A stretch of DNA of 64,000 nt from positions 31,434,001 through 31,498,000 of the forward strand of contig CM097888.1 in NCBI GenBank assembly GCA_044892525.1, in the 5' to 3' direction. Both the position numbers and the translations under genes were made by a program. The DNA comes from Schmidtea polychroa. Its lineage: Eukaryota. Below the pieces are notes generated by a model, which worked only from the letters and a program-made list of their open reading frames with translations, ran no database searches and was not told the origin of the DNA. This document shows, piece by piece, positions 23,301 to 36,800 of this stretch (the first letter of the stretch is position 1; each line of letters opens with the position of its first letter).

Positions 23301-24879
23301 ATCTAAGTTATTTAAAGTGTAATTTAAATTTTTAAAACAAATAATTTTATTATAAGAAATGGATATTACCGAGAATTTAGAAGACTAATATTACTAATAA
23401 TTATTCAACAATTTAAATTGAATTAGACAAATCACCGCAAGGTAGAAAGACAACAGAGGAAAAAACTAAAAACTTTTTGAGGGGTATCGATGATAAAAAT
23501 AAATAAGTTACAGACGTATTTATTTTTGTCGATTTCTTCATAATTCATATTTTTGTTTATCAAATATAAATTCTGATATATTTGTTATGACATACTGAAA
23601 CTTAATTTTAATTACTGACCATTTATTTTGTCTACCAACATTTGAATTAAAACATTGATGTTATTTATATCAGTCTAGGTCATGCTGATCATTTATGTTA
23701 CTTATTGACATGTAATTTTTAATACTGACCATTTATTTTAAATACTAATCAAAAATATATAAAAATACTGACTCATTAAATAGTAGCCATTTATAAATAT
23801 TCTTTGTAATTAGCCTTCATCAAAATTTGTCAATTGAAACTGAATATTGAAAAACACTCTGTAATTACTGTTTTAGAATCAATGGAGAATTTCCCTTATA
23901 GATATTTTGTGCACTCAACTGGGAACATTTTTTCTTTTATGTTTCGGTTTTTTAGTATTTTTATATTATGTTAACTCAGTGAGTAACCTATCTTTATATT
24001 GGTAAATAAAGCCTTTTTGTTTCGATTTGTAATCATTTGAAAATTTTTTAAATTAAATATAGAATTTGTTTGACTTTATTTGAATTTTATTAACAAATTA
24101 CTTGTCAATTAGCCTCATCAAATAAGGTACTATTTTACAGTTTCCAAAGAAATTCGGCCTCAACAATTAAAATTAAATCTTTGCAACACCAGCGGTGAAA
24201 ATTATCAGGATTTGATAAACTCATAAATAGATGTCTCTAATGCTTCTCATATAAGCTGCATGGAATTAATCGGGGTAATAGATAATAAAACTGATTAGAA
24301 TTTAATTATAAAACTACGCGGTAATTGCCTCTAGAAAATACAGCATATCAGACATGCAATTAATTTTCCATGTCCAAAAAAACCCATATCAAGAAAATCA
24401 CATTTTAAATATAATAATTTTAATAAACTTTTTTGGTTCAATAAAATTTATGATGAAAAATATAAAATTTGAAAGTTTTCGAAAGCAATTTAAAAAACAG
24501 TTTCTTTCATGTTTTTCATTGCGTTTATGCCAGAAAATCTAAGAGGTCATTTGCTTGCTTCTTTGTTCTCGAGCCTACAAAGATTTGTAAAAAAAGATAT
24601 GTAAAGCAACTTAGAATTCCATATTTAAATCTAGAATTTTTCAAATGATAATTAATATTTTTTCAATTCTAAATTAATTTCAAGAATTATTCAGACTAAA
24701 AAATTACTTGATCACTTTGATACATTAAAACATATTTTATATTTTATTAAATTTCAAAAGTAATATTTCATTAAAATATTAATTTTTTTATATTCATAAA
24801 TTTTAAACTTTATAATATTATATTAATATGATATTATTTCAAAAACGATTTTTAAAGAGTCCGTAATAAATTGTAATAC

Positions 24880-24983
24880 CTTTTCTTTATCAGTTTTCGG
24901 GCGGCAACCGGAGTAATTTGTCCAAGCAATACCCTTTCTAATAAACCATTTCCCAGTACTTAAACATTGTTTCGATGCTACTC
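24880..24983 (-). CDS. Class B1 GPCR exon: ectodomain, second half
   Basis: Translates as (G)VASKQCLSTGKWFIRKGIAWTNYSGCRPKTDKEK, matching CxxxGxW...NYxxC. Acceptor tttaag, donor gtatta; phase 1 to 0, compatible with both neighbours. Confidence 0.92.
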
Positions 24984-25168
24984 CTTAAATTAAATGAAAT
25001 TTATTTATTAAACATGATGATTAAATTATTTTCATTTTTAATTATCTTTATTTTTTAATAAAATGTTTTTTTCTTAAATAAAATAATTTATTCTTTAAAC
25101 GGTAAATATTACTTTTATATTGACACAATAAGGATGTAGTAAAATACAATAATAATTTAATAATAAAA

Positions 25169-25173
<5 letters not shown>

Positions 25174-25217
<44 letters not shown>
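25174..25217. repeat. (AAT)n microsatellite
   Basis: About 14 units; it explains the poly-Leu ORF 25048-25230. Confidence 0.95.
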
Positions 25218-25220
<3 letters not shown>

Positions 25221-28200
25221 CAAATAACAATGTAACTTTCTAAAAGTATTACAGCATCAATTATATTTAATTAGTAAAATCTGTAATCATTTGTTGAGTA
25301 TTAAGATTTATTTTTTTACATATTTATTCAACTAAAATGTATTTTTATTTCAAATTCTTATGCAAATTATTTCTCAGGTGTTTTCAGTAAATATTGATAT
25401 TGTTTATTTCGTTTAGAATTACCTCAAATGTACTTTATTATTTTTATTATTGTTTATTATTATTATTAATTAATTAATTTTGAATTATAAATACTCTTTT
25501 AAAATAAAGATATAAATAATTGTAATTATAGTTTTAATTAATCAGTTTGAGAAAAAAAACAAATTAGACAATATAAATTTGAAAAAAATGTGTTGATCAT
25601 TCTTCCTTGAACAAAGATTCTGTGAAAAGTAATTTAATTAATTAGTGCTGATATCGATTAGATATCAGTTTAAGAGATCGCAGCAAAAGATGCGATTATC
25701 ATTCAATTTAACAATATTGCAATAGAGCAATAATTAGCATAAATAACATACCGAAAAAATAATAAGAGCTCGGAGCCTTAATAACCTAAGAAAATTTTAA
25801 TAATTTTTCATCTGAATAGTTTCACATTTAGATCGATAATAATTAGTTATTTGGTAAAAGGCATAGTAATTATTTATTTTATCCTTTTATCCGACAATGA
25901 TTACATGGTGATTAACATTATTATTATTATTATTATAATTATTATTATTATTTTTATATTTTTGTTTTTCTTCTGTTTGTGTTTAAAAGTATTTCCTTAT
26001 ATATTTGTCAATAAAGGTTATATGTATTTGTTTTATTTTAGATATTTTTATTCAGAAACCTCAAATGATTGCTGGAAATTATAGCTACTAGTAAATTGAT
26101 TGTTATATTATTTATTGCTTCAAATAATTATTTCTCCAATATTTTCTAAAAATAAATATCTAAATATAAGAAATCAAATTTTAAAAATAATTTAGAAATT
26201 GTTTTACTAAGTAAATAATCCATGTTATATATTTATAAATAATAATTGACATCAAATTTAAACATATAAATTTATATAACAATATGAGTTATAATATTTT
26301 TTAATAATATATTTAAATAAATTAGTAATTTCATTGAAAAATATATATTTTATTGATTTTGTAATTAAATCTTTTTTATAAATAAAACATTATTTCAGAC
26401 ATAATTTCAGTATGTTTATTTATATAATTTCTAGCATAGTTTTTGGTATTTAGTTTGAATGCTTAGTTTGTTTTTAAATAAGAAAGAAAGTTAAGTTAGG
26501 AGCTTTTAAACAAATCATGTAAAAAGTGATGTTTTGTTTTCTTTATGTGTTTATTAAATCGAGTAATGATCGTTCTATGCATATCTTAGTAAGCTTTACC
26601 ACATCTATGACAAATGGGTTTATAAATACTATTTTTTGAAAACAAAAGCATTTTGTTTAAGAGGCGGAAAGACTGTTAAAGACAGTTAAAACATCTAATA
26701 TTATAATTTATTAAATTATATTTTATAAGTTTCAGATGTGTTGAAAAGATCCAACAAATATGCAGAAAATTTGTGTTCAATTAAAATATTCGGTTGTCTT
26801 TGAAAAATAAAGAAAAACAAAAATATGAATATTTAATAATTGTTGAAAATTTAAGATTTCACTAAAGTTTTTATGTTCTTGTTCTCAAATAACTTTTACA
26901 ATATTTCTGTCGACTCTTAAGAAATTATCGATATCAAACTTTAAAGTATTTTAAATAAGTATTTAGAAACAATTATAATAAGAAAAAGAAAATTTATTAT
27001 TAATATAAATATTTTAATATATAAACAAATATTTTATACTTTGTTTTCAATATTGTTAATTGTAAATATTGTAATGAGATGTCTAGGGCGTTTAATTCTT
27101 CTATTTACAAGATAATCAAAATGAATATTTTGATTCATTACATTTGAATATTTATTGAAAATATACTAATAAACAAATTTAATATTAATATTAAATAAAG
27201 TTAAAGAAAAATATTTGGAAATATATATAATATATCATAAAATATATTCATAAATGTAATTTAATTTGAAATATAATATTTACTCAAATGTTAAGTTTTC
27301 AAATTGTTTTAATGAGCTAAATGTCCTATTTATGAAAAAAAAATTTATATACTATTTACAAACTTTTTTAGTTTTTACTTATGGTCTGAACTTTAAGATG
27401 GTTCCTTCATAATTAATATATTTTGATTTTCATAAAAGTTTTGTCTTTAAATTGAGGATCCCCTTTTGAGTACATTTTTATAAATTTTGTTTCTTTAAAT
27501 TATTAACAACTTCAAAGATTAACAGGATAAAAGATGAAAACCTACAATACCAATTAATTTAATTGGCAAAATAAAAATCTAATTAATTGTTAATTTTTAT
27601 GTTTCTTTTCGAAGTTTCTTTTTGTTTAAAGAATTTGATTGAAGATGGAATACAACTTTGGATCTTTTATATAATTTTATACACTGTAAAAGTCGCTAAA
27701 TGACAGTTCTCATCTAATTAGATGTCAATTTCAACATTTAGCATTTTCTCTATGCTTGCACTGAAAATATTGTATTTTGCTAATGAGTCACTTTTCATAA
27801 CTTTTCGAAGGAGATTTATCCATATATAACAAAACTACCAAATTTATACGTTTTGTCCAAAGATATGGAATTATATAAATTACGACATTTACTTTCATCT
27901 GATAGCAGAGAAACTGAGATGTTGTAAAAGTAAAAAAGTTAAACTTTAAAAAGCTTGTAACAAAAAGACAAACTTAATCTATGATAAACATTCCGATGAA
28001 ATGGTTAGAATTCATCTTGAAGAAATTTCAACTTTAGGTAAACCTTCTTTGATGAATGTCATGCATTTGATGTCAAAGAATGACTTGAATACTATTCCAA
28101 TGATCCAGGACTTTAATTTTTATTCTTCAAGGATGATAAAGGGTGATTCTTTATGATGATAAGGAAAGTGTAGAAAAGTTTAATTAAATGAAGAAATTGA

Positions 28201-29941
28201 TGTTCCTTGACATAGAGAAGAATTTCAAGGCTTGAGCTACAAGAATGAATTAACCTGGTTCAATTACTGAAACAAAATCGTGATTTGGAAATGAAATAAT
28301 AATTTGCGCCAAAAGTCAATTAAATTATATTTTATTCACTAAATTAATATTTTTTGTTTTTATTAATAACGTTAAATTCGATTTATTGTTAAATACTTAC
28401 ACCCTAAAAGACTTTTGTTTTCGTATTCACTTAGTCAAAAGATTCATAGATTGTTTATGGGCTGAAAAGGTGAAATCCTACGGACTTACAAATTAAAATT
28501 AAAGAACTCCATATTTTCATAATTATTTTAAATTTCTTTCTAATTATTATAATTACTATTCAACAAAAGGTGATTTGAAGAGTAGGAAGATATGCTAAAA
28601 ACTTTAGAGAATTTCCCAGAACGAAAATCTCGAATATCAAATTCGTTTTTATATAATTAATTGAGACCCAAGAAAGTTTTATGCAATATTGGACAATTGT
28701 TGAGTAATTAGAATTTTGGTTTTAAAAATGTCATTTCCATCAAAGCATTTATAATTTCAAATAATATTTGTCCATAATATGTGTGTATCATTTAAAATTT
28801 TATTACTATTTGATAATAAAAAAATATAAATTAATAAATTTTGATAAATTTATTAGTCAAAATATTACTTTAATAATAAATTTGATGAAAATTAAAAAAC
28901 AAATTATAGTTTCGTGTGAAATAATAAATAATTAATGAAATTTGTTTGAATTAATGAACTAGAATGAGTTATTATAATTGAGTGTTTTCATATCAAATTT
29001 TCTTATTTTAAGAAATTTTTTACGCTAATGGACAATAAATCCAAATAAAAAATTTCTATTTATCTATTTCTAATATTCACATTATTTATTGTGATTCAAT
29101 AATGTTTTAGAATAATTAAATAATTTTTGAAATTTCTACATAGGAAAAGGTGATTTTTATTTACACTCATAAATGAGTGTCTAAATATTTACCAGAAAAC
29201 TTTATTGCAGTTTCCAAAATTGTGGTCTACGTCCAGGGCTTTGTTTTCAAAGAAACAAGAAGGATTTAGAATAATTCTTTACATATAATGACAGTTATAT
29301 TTTGGTAAAATTATGTAAATAGTTGAATAATTGCAACATCTTTACTTTGTTAACTTAAAAATCTTAGTTTTTAATGATGTTTTGAATATTTTATTTTCCT
29401 TTTGTATTTCTATTGTATAATTAATTTATAATCACAAAAGCTTTCATCTTTACAACTGTTTTAATTTATAAATCTTTTTATCATTTTTATAATATTATTG
29501 AATAATGTAGATCAGAACTGAATTTTGTTTAATAAATTTTTAATAGAAACTTTAGAAGATTTATGTAAAATTAGAATTTATTAATCTAAAGGCGTATATA
29601 AAATTATATATATATATATATAGTAAAACATGTGAATAGTAAAACAATAATAAAAAACAAATTTGTCCAATAAATAATTTTTTACTGAATTTATTCAGAT
29701 CCCGAAATCCAATAATGTAAACAGAAAAAACTTGAAAAACATTTATGACGGTTTTATTATGGTTTCTTATTATACAGTATTTCATAAAAAACATTTTTTA
29801 TAAATTAATCTCATTGAACAATATTTTAATAAATAATATGTTCAGTGTCTACGACTGTTATTTGTTGTTTTTTAATTAAAACATTTATTATTATAAGAAC
29901 TTTCATTTCTTCTTCCGCTGATTATTTTATCCATTGAATTG

Positions 29942-30122
29942 AAAAGAGAGTTTGAAGACTATAAATCAGTATTATATAGATATTTGTTGATACTCACGAA
30001 TTTTCGGCACTGCCTTTTTCAAGTGAATTTTGAAAATTCACTTGAAAAAGGCAGTGCCGAAAATTCGTGAATGTCAACAAATATCTATATATTACTGATT
30101 TATAGTCTTCAAACTCTCTTTT
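29942..30122. repeat. 181-bp near-perfect palindrome (90-bp arms, 1-nt centre at 30032) made of the dispersed repeat family
   Basis: aaaagagagtttgaagactataaatcagt...caagtgaatttt-g-aaaattcacttg...actgatttatagtcttcaaactctctttt, with about 3 mismatches between arms. Confidence 0.95.
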
Positions 30123-30614
30123 TAAAATCATTTATATTTATACGGATAAAAACAAAAATAAAAACAAGCTTGAGACCCAATTTCTGTATTGTTGGGCTAT
30201 AAGCTTTTAGCAGAAATGAAGTTAAGTCTAATTCAAAGTATTCTATGGCATATACCAAAAAACCTTAAGGTCGTAATGTCTACCTAAAAATAATCGTGGT
30301 TGGCTTTTATTACTTTGAGCTTAATTGTTTATCCATCATCTCTGCCGATAAATATCATATATTTTATTTCATTACTATAAAACAACATTTAAAATTTTGA
30401 TAATCTCTTATTTTCTTTTAATTTTCAAGTATTATTTTTTTTAAAAGAAATAATACTTTAAATAATATTTGAAAAAGTCGATGCCTAAAAATTTGTGTTA
30501 CAATGTTAAAATAAAATGCCCTAATGAAAAGTTTTTAAATAATTATTTCTTAATAAGTAAAATTAATTTATAAAAATTATAAAAATCATGCGAAATGTTA
30601 AAAATTATTCTAAC

Positions 30615-30746
30615 CATCAACTTTAAAGCCATCAATATAATTTGGACAAGGAGCAAATACGAGACTCCCAACTGAGGTAGTTGGCCAACAACTGATATAA
30701 TCCCAGGAAATTGGGCAGGTTTCATTTATTGTTTGCTGACCATCAA
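30615..30746 (-). CDS. Class B1 GPCR exon: hormone-binding ectodomain, first half
   Basis: Translates as DGQQTINETCPISWDYISCWPTTSVGSLVFAPCPNYIDGFKVD, matching the class B CPxxWDxxxCWPxTxxGxxxxxPCP pattern. Flanked by tttag acceptor and gttaga donor; phase 1 to phase 1. Confidence 0.93.
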
Positions 30747-33000
30747 CTAAATTATATTATGAATAAATAGAATTTCAAGAAATGCAAAATAAAAATATTT
30801 TTATTCCATTAAGGCTGAAAATTATTTTCTGAATTCACTTATGATTTAGGGAGTAAAAATTTTAATAAATAATAAAAATATTAGAAATAATATAAATATT
30901 TAAATCCATAAAAATTAAATAAATTAAAAAATTATAAATTTTATTAAAATCGACTATCAAATGCAAACAATTTATTTACATTTTCCTTTATGAAATGTGT
31001 GAAGATTCAAAATATTATAAACATAAAAATTTCAAAAGTGTTTATTAAAAATACAATTTAAAACTTTTTAAATTAAAAAATGAATTTAAATGATTCAGAA
31101 AAAATGAATTCAAAAATAAAAAATTTCACAACGAAAAAAAATGTTTTCGCATTTTTTTATATTTGTTAAAATGTTGAAAATTGATGAAAAGACAAAGATT
31201 TTGTATTAGAATAATTTTTACAACTTAAGTAAGAACTGACATGATGACAATTGTATAGCCCTAGTCATCTGAAGAATCATGTTAGATATAGTACAAAAAT
31301 TAAAAGATTCAGAAATAAATCGTAGTGAAAACTCAACTGTAAAGATATTAGATAAGGACAAGGAGTTAACAGAAGAATACAAACAAGAAAAAAATTAATT
31401 TGATCAAAACCTTTGTTCCACATTACCGAAACTGACAACGTTAATAAACGATTTATTGGATAAATTAAAATTTACACAAAAGACAAGTCGGCAAAGGTTT
31501 TATTGAGAAAATATAGAAAATCACTAAAATACTATACAATATGTATGTCCGCTATGCAAATAATATCGACATTTGGTACAGACTGCAGTTGACACATAGC
31601 GCGTTATTCTAGCACAAGTTGTAACATTTGTAAAATTTGTTTGAATACTGAAGATTAATTGTGATTAAAACATTTTGTGAAATACATTTTTTGTAATAAA
31701 TTTTATTTTATGTCTTTTAATATGAATTTTATTATTAATAATTGCAATGTTATTACAGGAAACATGAGTTCTAATTGCTGTCTCATTTAATCCTAATAAT
31801 TGAATTATTAACAAGAATAGATTATTATTTTTCATTAAAAGAAAATGAAAAACAGTAAAAATAAACAAATATCGGTTATGTCAAAATGTTATATGTCAGT
31901 TAAATGTGTAAATTTCGTAAAATATGTTTTTTGTATTTTGTGTTATTTAAAATATTATTTATAAATGAAATGTATTCCATTAAAAAATACAGTAAACAAA
32001 TTTCCATCTTACCTTCTAAATATCTTTTCGATATATTTTCAGAATAATTTTCAAAAATAATAAAAAATCTTTCTTGATAATTAATCATCGAATTATTTGT
32101 TGTGAATATTATTTAAAATAATAAAGTTATTTGAAAAATTATTCAAGTAATTTAATATTTCTAGAATTTGTAGAATTATAGATTTATTCACATTTCTTAG
32201 TGAAAATTTTATCCTGAACATCCACAAAATGGTATTAAATTTGTAGAATTTGATGCTTTCACAATTTTCTTTAATATATAAACGGTTTGAATTTTGTTAT
32301 TTTTTTGTTTCAATGGATTGAAAATATTTAAATTAAATATTATTTTTAAATTGTGTTAATTAATTTATTTAATTTTCTTGATGAGTATAAATCATAAGAA
32401 AAATTAAATCAAATTTTCTCTGTATTTAGGAATTGAGTATTGTTTTTATTTTCAGTATTTCATGTCGATTTCCGCTCATATTCATCTGGTGGCTGATGTT
32501 TACATTCTCTCTCAGGATTTCAATAAGAATTTCAATATTATTTTAAATTCTAAATATTCCAAGTATCTCATAATTAATGAGTTTGTCTATAAAGATTTAT
32601 AAATACATGTTAATTTTATTCGTAAATGTAAAATTAATATAATGATGTAAATTTTGCTTTTAATGACAATTTTATATTTAAAGAAATATGTGTTTTAGGT
32701 CAGTGATGCTTTTTGCTTTTGTTTCGGATTTGTTCATATTGTTTTTCTTTTTCGTGCAATTTTCAAATTTATATTTGTGCATCGCAACGCAATAAAGTTT
32801 TTTTTGTTACTTTCATTAAATACGGTTAGTATTAGTATGCAATTCATAGAGAACAGTGAAAGTCAAATTTAAATTAAATATTAAGTTTAAATTAAATATT
32901 AATTGGTACGTATTTAATTGTGATTAATTTGCTATTCTTTTCTTATAATGTAAAAATTGTGTAATTTTATTTAAATTAAATTTCGGTATAAATTACAAAA

Positions 33001-33827
33001 ATGGCAGTTCCAACTAAAAAACAAAAACTTGTGGAAACTGGTAGCAGTAATTCTAGTCGACAGTTTCAAAATTGGTGGACTGAAATATACGGCGTTGTTA
33101 AGGTGATAAAGCTATATGTGAGCTATGTTCTGTGTCAGTGTTATGTAGGACATCATATGTAAAAAGATACTTTGAAACAATTCATAAGTGGATTCTTGAC
33201 AAAACCAAAGATGAACAAAAAGAATATATTTTACGAGTAATTAAAAACAAAAATCTGCAATTGAATGCTTTAATTAAGTGCATAAGTAATAATTCAAATA
33301 CTGTAGCTGCTAGATTTGAAATCGCTAAAGTAATTGCCAAAAAATGAAAAACGTTCAGTGATGGAGACTACACCAAAAATACATGGTTAGAATGTGTGCC
33401 ATTTCTCTTTGGGGATTTTACAAATAAAGGTAAAATAATTCAAAGAATAAAGGAATTGCATATTGCTCGAAATACAATAAAAGACAGAATTCTGAATATG
33501 GATAAAAAAGTAAAACAGCAACAAAAATCAGATATCAAATTATGTGATATTGTTTCAATTTGTCTTGATGAAAGCACTGACAACACTCTTTCGGCTAGAT
33601 TAGCTATAATTTTTAGATACATTTTTGGCAATAAAATAAGTGAAGAATTGATAAATTTGGTATTTTTACCTGTAACTACCAAAGCAGTGACAGATGCTCT
33701 TTCTGAAGCAGAGATAGATCTTTCGAAAGTTGAATCTCTAACTACAGATAATGCACCCAGTATGATTGGTAAAGAAGCAGGATTTGTCAAATTATTTACA
33801 AAGTGTGTTGGCGAATTTTTTAATTAA
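33001..33827 (+). pseudogene. hAT transposase remnant of the Buster/Charlie (GTF2IRD2/EPM2AIP1-like) type
   Basis: Reads RQFQNWWTEIYG...CELCSVSVLCRTSYVKRYFETIH (zinc finger), then K*KTFSDGDY, SICLDESTD, RLAIIFRY and LTTDNAPSMIGK. Contains a frameshift and a stop, and is truncated at its 3' end. Confidence 0.93.
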
Positions 33828-36800
33828 TTTTTCTTCATATTTATCTTTATAATAAATATTTTTATGAATCATGTACGTAATAATTTGTTTCATTAATTTT
33901 TAATGTTTTAGCTTTTGATAAAAAATTGATTTTAAAAAAAGCCTTAAAATTATTTTTCATTTTTAAACCTTTGATAATTTTGATATACAAAACCTCTTAT
34001 TGATTTTACTAATTGTGTATATTTTGTATTTTTATGATATATTTTATGAAATTTATGTTTTTTTTCGAAATGAAATAATGAAAGTTTCAATTACTTGAAG
34101 CATTCATTAAATGCAAACATTTAATTTGTTCTTCTTTGATTTTCTGATCTTGTATGACACGAGGAACTCTGTAAATTCGAACACCGGCTACTGATATTAT
34201 TTTGATCTAAAACAATAATATTAATATATTCAAGAAACAATATAATTTTTGCTTATCTATATTTTAAAAGACATATTATTGTTTCTTGTTTTATATTTTC
34301 AAATTTTTTAGTATTTAATTTTTTACTAATAAAATTTTATTTAATCTCTGTTAAGGGACAGGACCTAATTTAACATTCAAAGTTTTATTGGTTTTATAAT
34401 TTAATATTTACATTTCATGCATTTTAATTATAATGAAGAAANNNNNNNNNNNNNNNNNNNNNNNNNNNNNNNNNNNNNNNNNNNNNNNNNNNNNNNNNNN
34501 NNNNNNNNNNNNNNNNNNNNNNNNNNNNNNNNNNNNNNNNNNNNNNNNNNNNNNNNNNNNNNNNNNNNNNNNNNNNNNNNNNNNNNNNNNNNNNNNNNNN
34601 NNNNATGACACTGATTTAAATATTAGACAACGTTGACCAGTAGTGTTTTATTAATATTTAAATAAGTGTACATTTATTTTTAAATGCTATAATCTATTAA
34701 AAAGTTATACATTGTCTGTTTCAGTATTCAAAAACGATCTTGTCATCAGGAAGAAGTAATTAAATGTATGAAAAACTCAATAATTGAATTGAAATTGTGT
34801 TATGTTAATAATTTGGTTGGTTTTTGGGTATGTTTTCGAAATTATAAGTTTGTTAATCAACATTAATTAAAATGCCATTGGTGCAATGCTACATACAAAA
34901 GAAAGACTACAAGTCATCACTGATCTCGAGTTCTAAATCGCTGTCGGCTGAAGGAATTGATTAATGTTAATGAATATAATAAGGAATTAAAAAGTAATGT
35001 GTATGCAAAGAATGATGTGGTTTATTTGTATTTGAAGTAGAACATGGAAAACTATTGTGTAAAATGATGTTATATATATAAATGTAAAAAGCATTTTAAT
35101 TTTGTAAATTTAATTTTAAAAGTAAAATGAAGTAGTAGCAGTAGTAGTAATAATAATAAGAAGAATAGTAATATAATTATGGGGTCCTTTTGTAAATAAA
35201 ACAAATAAATAATAACAGTTTGCAGTAATATGAAAATAATATATTATATATAAAAAGTTATATATAAAAAGCAATAAAAAAATCTTTTCGATAGGATAAA
35301 TATCAATCATGAAGACAACATCAACACGTAATGCGATAAATATTTTATATATTATAGATAATTTTATTAATTTTTTATACTAACTATGACTCTATTGTAA
35401 AATTTCAGATTTAAATTAAATAATGTGTATAAAAAATAAAATAGTGAAAATAAAAATTTATTCGAAAATAATCAAATTCATTTTCATTGCCAAAATCAAA
35501 ATGTATTTTTACTCTAATAGCTTGTTATGATCATTCGTTTTTTTATAATTGTTAGTTTTTTGTAAGATAAATGTCTTCTTTGAAATATTTATCTTTTTTG
35601 ATCATTTCAATTGAATTAAATCCTAATTCTTTAATTAAAAATGAAAGTTTTTGAAGAAAAATTATTATAAAAATCCTTATTAAATGTTTATTTAGTTCAT
35701 TGTCTAATTCATTGTCTAATTCTTTTGCTATTATAAAAATTAAAGTTGAAAAAAAGATTTCATATTTATCAAGAGTTCTGGAAATTATTAGTTTATTGGA
35801 ATAATAAACATTTTATTAGGCATTTTATTATGAATGCAAAATTATTTCTAAACAATTGATATTTTTTAATTGGTATTTTTGTTTGAATTGAAAAAATAAG
35901 CAAGGGAAATTTGATTATTTTATTATTCAAGAGTATTTTTAATTAGGTTTTTCCCAGTGATTCTTATCTACTATTCACATATTTTTACATTTTCTTTTTT
36001 TCTCTATAATGGATTTAAAGAAATTAATGTCCAAACTAAATACAAACTTTTATTTTCGTGTTTAGTCTATTAATTCTCAAAAACTATATTGTAAAAAATA
36101 AGTATGCTAAGTTGCATACTAGTGGCAAAATAAAGAAGTGACTATTTCAGACAAAATATAGAAATTATTTATAGAAAAAAATTAATAAAGGCGTAAAAAA
36201 AAGAAATTCGTAGGTAATAAATGTTAATATCAAAATTTTAAATGGTCAAATATTCATCATATGTTTCTTGACAGATATAAAAGATAAATAAAAAGTATTT
36301 GACTGAAAAAGATTTTTGAATTAAATTATTTATAATTACGTTGTCTTAAACTACAAGAGTCTTGCATATCAATATTTATCAAAGCTTTATTAAATTTATT
36401 TTCATGTTTTTCGAAAAAAAATAAAGAATTTTAAAATTATTATAAATAAAAATCATTTAAATCATTTAAATTACTATAATATTAGAAATATTAAATGACA
36501 TTCTTCATGTTAATTGCTTTCTCACGGACAAACTTTTAGTTAGTCTACGAAAATTGAAATTAATTAGTAAAATCATGTAATTTTAAAGTAATTATATAAT
36601 AATTTTGTCATTGATATTCATTCAAAATTAGATTCTTATAGATAATTCTTATAGACAAAAAACTATTAAATTCTGACCAAATCTTTTAATAATGTCATTT
36701 TAGTCATTTATTCTGTGAGAAAGGAAAGTTTGTTGAATTTTATTATTATATCATTTTTAAAATTAATCTCATTGTAATTATAATAGTTATTATAAATTAT

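Noticed and set aside
23975-24000. IGYSLS, a TM1-like motif
   Set aside because: Followed at once by a stop and polar residues; the real TM1 exon is at 13238-13332.
25048-26084. ORFs with poly-Leu and poly-Ile runs that look like transmembrane peptides
   Set aside because: They are translations of (AAT)n and (ATT)n microsatellites.
31222-31268. Candidate first-cysteine ectodomain exon MTRAIQLSSCQFLLK
   Set aside because: It ends in phase 2 while the exon at 30746 starts in phase 1. Kept only as an unproven candidate.
32693-34618. Possible termini (CAGTGATG at 32701; CACTG near 34610) for the Buster-type hAT remnant
   Set aside because: The two ends are not reverse complements, the 8-bp flanks differ, and an N gap intervenes.
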